DNA of 64,000 nucleotides from the human T2T-CHM13v2.0 reference genome, Homo sapiens. Made by a program: the position numbers and the translations under genes. Position 1 is the stretch's first letter, and each line of letters begins with the position of its first letter. The notes beneath the pieces are model-generated. The model saw nothing but the letters and a program-made list of their open reading frames with translations. It was not told the origin of the DNA and did not search any database. This document shows, in pieces, positions 13,576 to 27,797 of this stretch. Location: the NCBI RefSeq assembly GCF_009914755.1, contig NC_060932.1; one strand, written 5' to 3'.

Positions 13576-15011
13576 TCCCAAGCTCTCCATAATAAGAATC
13601 TCTAGTAGCATATATTTCAGAAACACAACATGTTCTGCTAGTTGTACTTATATTACAAAATGTCCTTTTAGTGCCTTGATTATTTTTATTCAGCAGTATC
13701 TTATCTTCATTTAAGAAACACTTATATGATTCTATAAATCAAGCCCAGGATAACTTTATAGTACTTAAAGTTATGGGTAAAGTTACACCAAGATAAACAT
13801 TGTTTTGTTTGAATTCATAACTTAAACCAAGTGTCTTCCCAAGAGTGGGGTTTCCAGCACTACCTTTGACATTTCTAGTTTTTCTTAGGGACTGAGAGTA
13901 CCTGGCACTTTTTCCCATAGTTCATGTTCTTGCATGAATATCAAAGAGTAATTATTTTCAGAGATGACTTATGTCTATAATATTGTTTTAGCTCATTGTG
14001 GCCAATAAAATTCCCAACAGTATATTAAAGACTATCTTTTCACTATTGAAATAATGATGAAACAAGCATTATGAAACATGACACCTTTCAAATTCCTTAA
14101 TACTAAAGTCCTTGGGAAATCACACTTGTTGAATGTCATGGTTATGGAAAAATACATAGGACAAATTTGTTCTTTAAAGAGAATTCATTTTGCCTTTCTT
14201 TGTAATTGCAGCTATCAAAGTTAAATGTTATCTACATACATATAGATTTTACTCTCTTATTCTTCTGGCTTCCATTATTTTCTAGACAGAGCCTGGTACA
14301 TTGTGTATAAGATACTGTGTGGATAGTGGTGGTTCCTGAGATTTTTCTGTTAACTTGTGTGACTGTGAACAACTGCATATAATTCATTTAATCTTGTGTC
14401 AGTTTACCTCATTTGTCTTCTTTCACCCCAAAGTAATCTCATGAGGATTATTTTGCTCAAGTTTGATTATTTCAAAGAAGGATCATTATGTACACCTAAG
14501 ATGGCAAGATGGCAAGGTGGCACTTGCCAAAAGTCCAGCCGGTGCCTTTGGAGCTAACCTTGGATCTTGAAGGGGGCCCTGGGACTCTGAAATAATTGCT
14601 AGTAGATTTGCTTTACAGTTGAGTGTTTTGAGCTCTCAGTGGCTCAGCTTAATTGTGAAAAAGTAGCCAGATGTAAATCTCTAAAGAGCAGAACCTATAT
14701 TTTATTCATCTTTATAGTCCTCCTAGTGTCCACATTGAGTCTTGCTGTTATCTGGCCCCTAAACCCAAGGCAAACTGGAAGGGGCTGGTGGCTTTGGCAT
14801 CAGCCAGAAAAGGCTGTTAGGGCAGTATCCGGCACCCTAGGAGTGGGGCCAGCGAGCAGAGCAGCCTACATGTAGCCAGAGGGAAGGAAGCCCAGCCGGG
14901 AAGCAGAACTGCACTACCTCAGAGTCCAAAATAATGGCTTTCCACAGGAATGCCTGTGGGCTGTCATGAGATTATTCGCCTATATTCAACATATAATAAG
15001 AAGTTAGAAGA

Positions 15012-15256
15012 GGCTGGGCTTGGTGGCTCACGCCTGTAATCCTAGCACTTTAGGAGTGGGCGGATGGCTTGAGTCCAGGAGTTTGGGACCAGCCTGGGCA
15101 GCATGATGAAACCCCATCTCCACAAAAAATACAAAAATTAGCCAGGTGTGGTGGTGCACACCTGCAGTTCCAGCTACTCGGGAGGCTGTGGTACACCTGG
15201 GAGGCGGAGGTTGTAGTGAGCCAAGATAGCATCACTGCCCTCCAGCCTGGGTGAAT
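15012..15256 (+). mobile_element. AluJ-like, internally deleted
   Basis: ggctgggcttggtggctcacgcc...ccagcctgggtga. Confidence 0.9.
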
Positions 15257-18157
15257 TGGGTGAAAGAAGAAATCATGGAAAACTTCACTTGCAAGAGCTT
15301 TTCATTAAAATGATTAAAATATAAGATTTTAGAGAATTCAGCTCCATGAGGTACAGTGAAACACTGGTTAAATTGTGGCTAAAGGAGTTTAGGAAAGACT
15401 ACTTACTGCAGACTCCTCGTAGAGGGCACAGTGCACACAAGCATATTCAAGGTTTCTGGGGCCTATGACAAGGCCTGTTTAACTTTATTCACCTGAGTGT
15501 ATTCAAGCCCATGTGCCTGCGGAGCTCTGTGTCCCCTTGATCCCTGTTGCCTTTGCTCCTTGTGGAGCTTCTGGGTGAGGAGCACCCCCTGGGCCCACAG
15601 CTCAGGGCTGTCCACTCACTGGTTACTGCTTTTGCTTTTCTTTATTGCTTTTGTTATCCTAGAACACTCACCTGGCTTGATTCCTCTGAAATTTGCTACC
15701 TTCTCAGGACTTCTCTCTCAATTTCTTCCATTTTCCCCACCCATTGTGTAGCATTTTAATTCTTTGCCTTGAATAAAAATAAAGCTTGGCTCATAACCAG
15801 AAGCAACCTGTCTTGCCTTGGGTCCAGGGGCATAAGTGAACAGATTTATTTTTAAAACATGCCATCGTGTTTGTTTCTACTAATTTTGAGGCCCAGGTTT
15901 TGAGTGTAGGTCTGAGTCGATGACCTCTCAGCCTGCACCACAGCAACGCGTGCTGCCCCTGCCTGGGCCTGGCAGAAGGCTCCCTTGCAGCAGCTCAGGA
16001 CTCACACTCACTGAGCAGGTTTTAAAACACACAGAATGGCCAGACAGGTCGTATCACAGTTTGTGTCAGAATTCCACAGGTGTACACTATTTTTTTTTGG
16101 AGAAGGGGGTACTTTTCATCTGTGATCACTGCAGACAAGGTGCGTCAGGACCTCGGAGGACCGTGTTGCTGGGCGGGGCCTGCTGTTTGCTGTGGAGCCC
16201 CCTGGCCCTGGTCACTGCCGCCTTCTCCACCCTCCACTCCTGCTTGGTGAACTTTGACCCGGCAGGTGCCTTTCTTGAGCCTCGTGATTCCCCTCCCCTC
16301 TTGCCCCGCTGTCTGTCATTTCTCCTTGGGCTCCTCAGAGCAGGTGCCAGGCTGACGATAGGTGGAGGGGGCTTCTGTAAGCCAGTCCATAGGTTTGAGT
16401 TAAGTTCTCTCCTTCTCACTGAGCTGCAGCTGAGGTTGGAAACATGTATCTAGTTTAAGGAAGGCAAGCCAGGTGGTTTTCAGAGGTGTAACTATGGGTG
16501 TAGCTTGTTAAACCTGTTTACCTCAGAAAATATTTTTTTCCTTGAATGTATGAGAAAACCTGTAGCTTTTGTTTTGCCTCTCACTAGCTGGCTGATTTTC
16601 ACGGATAAAGTTTCAGTCACAAAAAGCACACCATGTAAACAGTGAAAGGAGATCTCTTATTGGTGGCTTAAGCCTTTCTATTGTCTGGAATTGGTGTTGC
16701 TTTATTGGTTTTAATTCAATAGAAAATAAAATTTTGTTAGCAACTGGGAGTCCAATATACTCTTTATTTTGTGTTGTTTTGCTGTTCTTTTCCACACAAC
16801 CAGTGAAGTTCTTAACGCGTAAACAGAGAGCATTCTACATGAATTAATGTGTGTATGTGTGCCATGGCTGCACTGGGGTAATAGACCTGTGGATAAAGAC
16901 TTTGGGTCCCTCCCTCCTTCCCTCCCTCTGTACCCATTGTACCCAGAATGATTCCTGATACACAGGCACTCAGTTAATGTGTTACATGAATAAATTTCAT
17001 TTTAGAAGTGAGAGTGGAAACGCAGGCATATGATAACCAAATCTATTGACCTGTCAGCCACCAGTACTCTTTCATTCCCCTCAGTGTGAAGAGCAGTCTT
17101 GGTTTTGATTATTTTACTTGCCATGGTGTATCTTCTGTAGCATTTTTGTTGTTGCTCTTACCATCCAACCTCCTTAAAACAGTGGTTTGTATGGGATTTA
17201 AAAGCTTCTAGGCAGCCAGGGCCTTCTGACTCTTTGTTCTTTCCTTATGGTGCTACTGACTGTGCTCGTTTGTAGTGTGACTTTAAGAAAGGGAGGCTGA
17301 ACTCAGGATAGGCAGGGTGAACTTGGCATAACACTGCTCTGGGTGTTCTCAGAAGATCCTATTCGGGCAGGTCTGGGCCTGGTCAGTAATTGGGTGGGAG
17401 GCCTCAGAGAGCAGAAACCAGCGATTGGCAGGAAGTGGCATGGGCAGCTCACCTGGCCTGCGAGTCTGGGCTCAGCTGGACCTGCCCCACGTGGCACCAG
17501 GCGCACAAGGTGTCCTCACAGAGCCGCCCCGTGGCACGCCTTTGCATGTTGGCCAAGACCAAAGACTTGAGACTTTTGTTTTTGCATGAAATATGAGTCA
17601 AGTGAAGTTTTATTTCTTATGATTGGTTATCTCAAATAATGATATTAGTTTAGTTACCATCCTCCCTTTGTTCTACCAGCTGGGTAGCATTTAGCTACAA
17701 AGGTGTAATTTTAAAATAAGGATGTGATAATTTATTAGTGATATTCCATTATTGCTCTTGGTGTGACCTTTCTATAAATTTTAGAATCAAGAGCTTTAAT
17801 TTCTGAACATTAAAGAATGGTGTTTCATCTGGCTAATTTGTTTCATACCAAAGAGGCACTGCTTCATCTTGAAATTAGACTTCAATGTCTTCCTGACTTG
17901 ATAGCAGACACAGGTTTTCATCTAGGAGGACCCTACACGTGTAGACTGTCATACATGGACTTAGATTAAGATTTGATTGATAGGAACTGGGACACTGCAG
18001 TTCAAGGGTAGCACTTCAGGTATTCAGGGCAATCACAAGAAGTTTTTCTGAACATTTCATAAAGAAATGTGTAGGTAAGATTACAGGAAGTAACATTAGC
18101 TTAAAGAGTAGCAATTGAATTATATAAAGCATTGTGCTAATTAATTTTTAAATTTAA

Positions 18158-18456
<299 letters not shown>

Positions 18457-20219
18457 GAAGTTTGTTATTTTTTTTAAAGAAAAAGTGATACTGTTGAATA
18501 TCCACCTCTTTAGAGAATTGTAGCATTTTAAAATTGTTTTTTCTGGTCAGCTCCTATAAGTATATGCCCGCATTTCTCCTTTTATGCACCACTTCCCCCC
18601 ATTGCATACATTACCAAAAAACTGGAAGATTTCAAGTTAGAGAAGCAATAGGTCTTTTTCTTATCGTTTTGACTGCCCAGTATTACAGATTGTCAAAATA
18701 AAGAATCCCCAAAAGAAACGGAATTGTGGAGTCATTTTAACTCCTAGTATACAGCCTGTGGGAGGCTGTCTGTGGTGAGGCAAAGCTGTAGAAATGCCCC
18801 CGAACTGTTGGAAGCCCAGGAGTTAGGGCACTGCTGCATCCTCACCCTACCCACCACAGGGGCATCTCACTGGGATCTTTTCTTCTCCATGGTCTCTTTG
18901 CCAAACAGCTGCTTTTCCAGCCTCCTGCCAGGTGCTCTGTGTCTTTGTGCTGGTCCTCTTGAGCATTTAAAACTCCAAATAGTATTTTATTTCTTCTTTC
19001 TTTGCTCCCTAATATTTTATCTGTTTCAATTAATACCATTATCCTGGCTGGCATGAACTTTGGCCTCTTCTAGTATATCACTTGAACCAACTGACTCTTT
19101 CTCTGAAGTGTTTTCATTGGTACTATTTGGTTACTGAACTGTTTTAGAATAATAGTTATTAAAGTAATGGGCCGGAAATGAATCAGCACTTGCCAGTGTG
19201 CTGAATTACTACATTAAAATGCTGTATTAACTTAATTTGCCAGAGCATTTCATCAGTGGAGTTGGAGGTGGAGACAAGTCAGAATGCACAGACTTTACCA
19301 CTGACCCCCAGACTCCAGTGTCTCAAAGCCCTATTTAATGAGTGTGGGTGAATTTGCCCAAGTTCATCATCATTCTAAGAAAATAGATTTAGAGCGTTGT
19401 CGCCACTGCTGATGGTTCTGTTGATTTATTTGCCTTTGTGCAAGAGGACCTGTGTGCTCTCTTTCTATACATCCACCTGCAGGCACACACTTGTATTTAA
19501 TTTATGCTTTAGAAAATTATTTTTATAAGTAAAACTATATATTTGTGTTTTTTAACTATAATCTTTATAATTAGTAGAAAGGAGGCTTGGGCTTGCCATT
19601 TTGATTATTTGCTTTTATCTTTTTGACTCAAGGACAGAAATTCCAGGTAGTCTGTTCACCTTTTGCAGTGCAGGGTTTCAGTGAACTTGTTAGGCCTGAA
19701 TACCACCAGGTATTATTAGTATAAAATGTTCATGTTTTGATATATGGTATTTAATTCTCGCAACTTACTGTTTTGGTAATGCATTCACAAAACTCTAAAA
19801 CTGGAAAGAGAATTCACCTGAACAAAAATGACAACAGTTTATGAAGGATTCCATTTTTCCCTACTGAATTCTTAGGGCTACATTAGCATGTATTGGTTTG
19901 TTGAATTAATTAGTGAATGAGAGTTTACCACTCATTTTCAAGCCCACCCAGCCCCCTCAGTAAAGCAAAACATCAATGTTTCTGGTGAAACTACTCTCAA
20001 ATCTTTGTTCTTGTGTAGTTGTATATGTACGTTTTTGTTAGCCTTTGAAAAAGTATAGCTTTACTGATACTTCTGGTTTTCTATTTACTTTGAAACTACT
20101 AAAATAAAGCTTTTGTGTTACGTAAGACTGATGAAACCTAGCATTGAAGAAAAGTTGGAAATATTATTAGAAATTACTTTTTCTTTTTTTTAGTACTTCA
20201 GCGTAATTTGTATAGAAAC

Positions 20220-20470
20220 TGGTATCCGCAGGCTGTAGTGCCCTTATACCATGTTTAAAAACATTTTGTTTTTTCAGTTAGTGGCAAACATTTTACAATT
20301 AGGAAAATTCACTTAGGTTTCAGATTTCTTTATCTTCCCTTGAAGAAACTCTGCTAGTTATTGGGCAGATTGCCTGTATTGCGGGAGGCGGTTCGCTCTG
20401 AGCAGCAGCTGCCAGTTTAGACAGATGCGGGGCTTCCCTCACACCCCTGCCGTCCTCTCCTCCTCCTCCC
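20220..20470. mobile_element. MER102-like DNA transposon remnant
   Basis: gcaaacattttacaattaggaaaattcac...ctgagcagcagctgccagtttagac. Confidence 0.45.
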
Positions 20471-20799
20471 TCTCACCCTCTGGGCTGGAGGCCATGAACT
20501 CAGATCCTCTGCTAAAAAATTCCATTGCCGACTCAAGTCAGTGGCCACTGATATATTTTTGTTTATCTAGATGGCCTAAGAAATATTTATTTATTTCTTG
20601 TTCTGCTCATTTTGAAGGGAGAACAAACATCCCTAGTTACTTAACAGATTGAAATAATGTGTCCTCTCCTACCCATGAGATCACTTCTTGCCAGTCTCTC
20701 TCTTTTGTTCCTTCTCCCTCCATTTTGTTTTGTTTTGTTTCCTCTTTTGTCACCTGAGTGTCTGGATCCTCTAGGTCCTTTTATACTCTCTACTTTTAA

Positions 20800-22080
20800 T
20801 TTACTAAATTTTAAATATTTTTAAATAAAAAATACATACTTATGGAAAAAATTTCAATTAGAACAGTAGTTAAAGCAAAGAATAATAACCTCAGCTCCCA
20901 GAATTAATCATTGTTGTTTCTTGTGTAGTCTTCAAGAACTGTTCTGTGTATATAAGAATATCTGTATGTGTTCTTCTGTATTTTTTTGTTTTTCTCACCC
21001 GTAAGGTCTTCCTATATATACATTAGTTTTGTAATTTTCTGTATTCTTATCAAGACTTATGGATCTGTCACATTGTTTCTAATGGCTGCATGATATTTTC
21101 TTGTATAAATACCATAACCAGCACTTGATTAATGGATGATTCCAGTTTTTTGGTTTTGGGTGTTCTTTACATATAAAGTATGCTACGCTATGCCTTCATG
21201 TACATATGAGTCTGGACAGTTGAATGAATAGACCCTGTAAGAGAATTGATAGGTTAAAAGTATTTACATTTTAAGTTTTAACATACCTTGCTTTTAGTCT
21301 CCCAGCACAGTCACAGGAATTCACTCTTTCTGTCAGTGGCCAAGTGCTTCTGCCGGCCTGTGGTTCCCAGGGAGACTGATCATCTTGTATTGGTAGTTTG
21401 TATCACGTTTCCTTGGAATGCCTTTTTGCATATTTTGCTCATTTTTTCCATTGGGTTGGCTTCCCATTTCTTATTGATTCATGGGAGTTTTTTGTACATC
21501 AAAGAAAACAAACTGCTTGTTAATTGTGGCAGATTTTTTCTTTTTTGTCCTCTTTTGTTGTTGTTGTTTTACCAGTTTGCTCTCTTTTAAATGTTTCTAC
21601 TTGGGGAAATTTTTGGACACAGTTAAATTTTTATGTGGTCTGTCATTTCTTCTATGGACTTTGTGTCATACTAGAAAAACCTTTCTCCAGTTTACAATTA
21701 TTTTTAAAATGTATCCATATTTTGTTTTAGTTCTTTATAAAAATATTTTGATTTTTTGATCCTTTGGAAATTGATTTTGGTGTAAATAGAGAGGGATCCA
21801 GCTTTTTTTTTCTCTCTGGATAGGTAGTTATTCCCAAGTAAGTTTCTTTTGCACTCTTATTTTTATTATTTTTATATGCAATCTTATTTCTATGTAGGTA
21901 TACTTAAGGAATATCAATTTGGGTATACTTCAGGAATATCAATCATTGGATAGTCTATTCCTGTGTTGGTACCAAGCTTTTAATAACTATAGTTCTACAG
22001 TATGATTTATTATTTGGTAAGTGTAGTTGCCCTTCATTTATTTTCTTTTTTAGAATTTTCCTTGCTTGAATGAAAAAAGC
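20800..22080 (-). mobile_element. Ancient L1M(E) fragments
   Basis: T-rich, degraded L1 3'UTR/ORF2-like text, e.g. ttgattttggtgtaaatagagagggatccagc. Confidence 0.55.
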
Positions 22081-22620
22081 TTGAGGGAAATTCTTTAAAT
22101 TTAATGGGGTAATTCTACTTGACGTAAGTATTCATATACTTTATATATGTATATTTTAAAATTTTTTGGTTACACTGAGGCTCCTAGTTATTAACTGTTG
22201 CTTTGAGATTCACTGAGGAAATCAGGTGTGTATGCCTGGAGAGGTGGAACAGCATTTTGGAAGAGTGGAGTCAGGAGTGGTAGGAAGTGGGCTGCTTCCT
22301 ACCTCTGTTACTGGATTGCTGTGGGGGCTCGAGCAAGCCACTGAAGTGTCATCCCTCATGTGTTCCCATGTATAGGACAGCCTCTCCCAGTACAGTTACT
22401 GATATTTAGATATAATGAGTAGTTTTCCATCACTGTTTTTCATTCAGTTGTGAGAAATAAATGAGTTAATACATTTATAAATATTTCAAAACTGGTGGAG
22501 CCTAGTATAAGAACTTGATGATGATGATATTGTTGTGGTTATTTTTTCTGTTTTACTATAGTTGAAGGGAGCCTAATTTTCTCATGTTCCAGAAAATAAG
22601 GAGGAAGTGGGGGGACGAGG

Positions 22621-22730
22621 GGAGAGAGAGAGAGAAAGAGAGAGAGAGAGATATAGATATAGATATAGATATAGATATAGATATAGATATAGATATAGAT
22701 ATAGATATAGATATAGATACAGATATAGAT
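22621..22730. repeat. Compound (GA)n-(GATATA)~13 microsatellite
   Basis: Directly visible; source of the RYRY/YIYI/LYLY pseudo-ORFs. Confidence 0.95.
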
Positions 22731-22769
22731 TGAACTTACTGCTGTTGCCCCAGCCCCAGCACTCACCAA

Positions 22770-24075
22770 TTTCTGCTAGGGTGCTGAAGGCAGACCTGTG
22801 TGATGAGGGGATATTTAAGCTGAAACCTTGAAACATGAGAAAGACTTAGGGAAAGATTTGGGGTGGGAATGAGGAAGCATATTCTAGGGCAGAAAGGGCT
22901 ATGGCATCCACAGGCAGGGAAGAATATAGTGTAGAAACCTGAAAGCACGTCAGAAGCGCTGGGGAGCAGCGAGGAGGCAGACAGCTATGAATGGAGGCCT
23001 GGTGGGAGCAGGGGCCACCTGAGGGCTTAGAGACCACAGGGCAGGTGGGGGGCATTGAATGGCATCCTAGGTGTACTGGGAAGTTGTTTATAGGATCTTA
23101 AGAGCATGGAATGCTCTGACTTAGGTTGTTCTGATTGTGGTGTGTAGGGCAGACCCTGGCAGGAGGGCAGGAGTGGAGCAAGAGACCAGCTATGAGTCAC
23201 AGCCATTGTGGTGCCAGGTGGGAATGGGTGGAGAGAAGGGGGCACATCCTTGTTAGTTTTAGAGGTAAAACTTAGTCATGAATTGAATATCAAGGGACTT
23301 CTGACTTGCACATAGGTGGCATGTGGTATTATTGATCCAGGTGATACTGAGGCAAACAACTGGTTTTGAGGAACATATCAGGAGTTTGATTTTGAACTTG
23401 TTGTATTGAGATATTTGTGAATATGTGAATTGAACCCTTTAAGGGAAGATGGGCAGCTCTGAAATGGAGAGAAGTTGGCCGGGATATTTACAGTAACTCA
23501 CTGCATGAGCATTTCCCTTCTTCAAATACATCCCATTTGCAGTCTCCACAACAGTCTTCTCAACGTGTCTTCCAAGTTCATGCTCCTTGCCTACTTGGAA
23601 ATCTTCAAAAGCTTTCTGCTTTCTTCAGTGATATCTAAACTGTTAAACCTGACATTCAAGATCCTCCACAGCTTGCTCCTCACCCAATCCATAGGATTAT
23701 GTTTTTCACATCACTGTCTCTTGCCTCCCAGTATGAACTCTAAACTCTCAGTTGTCTAGACTCGTCTGTAGGTCATGAAGGTCATTGTACTTTCCTGCCT
23801 TAGGTGCTTTCTTCTCTCTTTCTGTATCTTTATCGGTTGAGAATTTTCTAATCCTCTGAGACCCAGTATAGGTTTTACCTCTTCCACTATGTCTGCTGGT
23901 TTTAGATCAACCAGAAATAAGGGCTCCATTTTTTGTCCATTTGGAGCACTAGTGTGAGCCATACTTATATCTGCTTTATTTTATTTCAAGCTCTTTATGG
24001 AAGTGTGTCTCATCATATTTTCTCTATTCCATAATACCTTGTACATGGTGTGTACTGAATAAATATTTATTTAAT
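22770..24075. mobile_element. L2 fragments
   Basis: L2-like purine-rich block, then a pyrimidine-rich block ending gtactgaataaatatttattta. Confidence 0.5.
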
Positions 24076-24099
24076 ATTTTCTCTATTTGGAGATATTTT

Positions 24100-24520
24100 T
24101 CAGGTAAATATCCTTTTGGTTGCAAATAACAGGAACCAAATGTAGCTGGTTTTAAAAGAAGAGAAAATTCACTAGAACAGTACTGCAAATCTTGAGTAAC
24201 TTAAGATGAAGTTGAAGGATGAACTGAACCTTGGGGCAGCCCTGGGAACCTCACCAGCATGAGCTCATGGACTTTTCGTCTAGAGGTTTGTCATTAGTGT
24301 AGCTTAACTTCCACTTCCCAGACTCTACGTCAGTTCAAAATCTGGAGGAAAAAAATCTGATTGGCTTAGCATTGGTCAGTTGTCTACCTGAGGCCAATCA
24401 GCTCTGACCCCTGACAGAAGTCTTATCCTAGACACATGGCCACTGAGATGTGAGATGTCCATAACCCCATGGCTGCCAGAGGTTGAAGGGTTTCCTTCTG
24501 TGGACAGAGACATATTTGTT
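24100..24520 (-). mobile_element. Old MaLR LTR (MLT1J/K-like)
   Basis: ttggttgcaaataacaggaacc...aatctgattggcttagcattggtcag. Confidence 0.55.
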
Positions 24521-25158
24521 CTCTGAAAAGAGGAGTCAGAAATAAATTGCAACAGATGTGTACTACAGCAGTATTGCTAACTTTGGAAACGAAGCCAGTA
24601 TTGAATACTTTATGGTTTTGAGAAATTGTAGATGGCTTCAACCAAGGTCATGTTAGTATATTGCAATGGAAATAGGACCAGACTGTTGTCTTTGTTGACT
24701 GGCTTCATAAAAACTACTCCTTGCCTCATGCCAGTGTTGTTGTTTGTGATATTTACTCACTAAATCAGAAGACTCCTCCTTCCAAACTTGCTTACATCAA
24801 GGAGGAAAAAAAGTCCTGATGATAATAACTTTATTGTATTTAAACATTAGCAGATTATGATAATAGCTACATAGTCATTCTTTGCTCTGTGCATTTGACC
24901 ATTGCAGATGTTTTAATGCTATAAAAGATCCTGACTTACTCATCTGTATTATTTCTGTAACTGGGCTATATATCTGAAGGAAGTAATCTGTGAAAGTTTC
25001 AAGAGGGCATCAGTTGGTTACCTTTGCAAAAATAGGAAAAATATGGAAAATGTAAGTGTTTTAAAAGAAAAACAAATTTAAATCTTTGTTCTTGAAATTC
25101 ATCATTTGCGCAAAGTAATTTTTTTTGTAAGGATGATTTGGTAAAGGATAAAAGTTTC

Positions 25159-25462
25159 CGGCCGGGCACGGTGGCTCACACCTGTAATCCCAGCACTTTG
25201 GGAGGCCGAGGCGGGCAGATCACGAGGTCAGGAGATCAAGACCATCCTGGCTAACACGGTGAAACCCCGTCTGTACTAAAAATACAAAAAATTAGCTGGG
25301 CGTGGTGGTGGGCACCTGTAGTCCCAGCTATTCAGGAGGCTGAGGCAGGAGAATGGCGTGAACCCGGAAGGCAGAGCTTGCAGTGAGCTGAGATGGTGCC
25401 ACTGCATTCCAGCCTGGGCGACAGAGCAAGACTCCATCTCAAAAAAAAAAAAAAAAAAAAAA
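25159..25462 (+). mobile_element. AluY
   Basis: gagatcaagaccatcctggctaacacggtg and gaatggcgtgaacc; TSD aaagtttcc. Confidence 0.95.
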
Positions 25463-25709
25463 AGTTTCCATGGAACAAAAATTTCGCCCAAGTACATTGG
25501 GTCACCATGTGGCAGCAGTAGGCAACCTATCAGGAATAACTGTGGTTAAGAAATGTGGTTGATGTTTTTAAGGTACTGGGAAAGATGTCAGTGGTGTATA
25601 CCGGGTCTTTCTTCTGTCACTTTAAAATTTTAATAACAATTTTCTGACCACCTTCTCTCTATGGAACACATAGATCCAGATGATTGAAAAATTCATTTTC
25701 TCTCCTACT

Positions 25710-26470
25710 GGAGAAATGGTTAAAGGATATGAACACACAGGAAGAAATGTGAAGAGCCAATTAACAAGTGCAAAGAGGCTCAACCCTGTGAATGATCTGG
25801 GATGTGCACACTTAAGTAGGAGAGATAAAACATTTCACACCCATCAGATATGTATACATTTAAAAGTTTAAAATTACTCAGTGATGCTGATAATGTGCCA
25901 CAGCTTTCAAACACTGCTGATGGGCATTTCTGTCAGCACAGGGTCTCTACAGAGCCATCTCCCAGTTGCCAGTGTAGTTGAGAATGGACTGTCCAAGAAT
26001 CCACTGGGCTAGTGTATACCACTGAGAAGCTAGCATGTATGTGCCCAGTGAAACAAGTATAGTACACACATGTTACAGTTTTGTTTTAATGTGAAAATTT
26101 ACAAAACTCTTAAGTGTCTACCAACAGTGAAATAGATAAGTAAAAAGTGGTATAGTCAGAATACTTTATAGCAATGAAAATTAATGATCTACAGCTGCTG
26201 TGTCCTTGCAAAATAGTTCATTTGTATGTGTGCTATTAAAAAAAAAAAGCAGATAATAATGAAATGCCAAATTCAGGAGAGAGTTGCCTCTAAGGAGAAC
26301 AGGCATAGAAAGAGAAATATAGGACATATCAACCATACCATTAAAAAAAAAAAAAACTAAAGAAAAACTTGCATCGTGTTAAAATTTGACAGAAGGTGAT
26401 GGGTACATCTACTTGTTATTTTTTTTTCCTACCTTTCTGTGCCGTTAAATATTTCATAATAAATAGTCAT
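25710..26470 (+). mobile_element. Ancient L1ME 3' region
   Basis: aaatggttaaaggatatgaacacaca...aaatatttcataataaa. Confidence 0.6.
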
Positions 26471-27007
26471 TATCTGTATCTTAAAATATTTCTCAAAGAA
26501 TTTTTCCATTTTTGGATGATTAAGCTGGGAATGGGGGAGTCAACTTGTTCAAAGTAACAAAGTAATTAAACAGTTGAGCTGTGATCAAAAACAAATCTGT
26601 CTTGTTCCAAAACTTATGGCCCTCCTTTCTCGTTAGTCTGATTCTACAATGTAGAAAGGAAATATAAGCTTGAACCTATGAACCTGCAGTTGCCTTTGAC
26701 CTATTTCTGACTATTCCCTCTCTCTTCCACCCTCTCTGGCACACACTTGTCTGTGCACACATGCACACCTGTACATATCCTTTCTGAAAGATCGTGTGTT
26801 TCTCACAGTCGGGCTTAGGCCAAGACAGCTGGTGTCCGGTGAGCCAGTAGGTCCTCTCTGTCCGTGGTATGAGAGTTCCTCCGTGTTCATCTGGGGTTAT
26901 GGACGTGGGGGATATTCTAAAATACCATATGCTAAAATGATGGCTTCTAGTTATCCTTTCCTAAAGGTGTTCCTTCTGCCTTGGTTCCTGTTAGAAATGA
27001 CTACATG

Positions 27008-27312
27008 GGCCGGGTGCAGCAGCTCACACCTGTAATCCCAGCACTTTGGGAGGCTGAGGTGGGAGGATGGCTTGAGCTCAGGAATTTGAGACCATCCTGG
27101 GCAACAAAGTGAGACCTTGTCTCTACAAAAAAAAATTTAAAAATAGCCAGGTATGGTGGCACACATCTGTAGCTTCAGCTACTTGAGAGGCTGAGGTGGG
27201 AGGATCACTCAATCCCAGGAGAGTCAAGGCTGCAGTGAGCTGTGTTCACGCCACCACACTTCAGCCTGGGCAACGGAGTGAGATCCTGTCTTAAAAAAAC
27301 AAAAAACAAACA
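27008..27312 (+). mobile_element. AluJ
   Basis: gggaggatggcttgag; TSD aaatgactaca. Confidence 0.93.
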
Positions 27313-27466
27313 AAGTAAATAATTAATTAAAAAATGACTACACGAAGAATCCAGGATTTGCTCTGTGGGTTAAGACAGTATTTGTCTTTTTGGTTGTCTA
27401 CAGAAGACATTCTTGGTGTTCCTCATTGTCTTTTGTATAGAAATCTTCTTAGAAACCAAGAAAAAA

Positions 27467-27797
<331 letters not shown>

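Noticed and set aside
14499-14522. gatggcaa x3 and other short direct repeats as a CRISPR-like array
   Set aside because: No spacers, too few units, eukaryotic intron; simple slippage.
15920-16453. 177-aa ATG ORF
   Set aside because: No recognisable protein similarity or exon structure; long ORFs are expected in GC-rich sequence.
22539-22836. RY/YI/LY dipeptide-repeat ORFs
   Set aside because: Translations of the (GATATA)n microsatellite.
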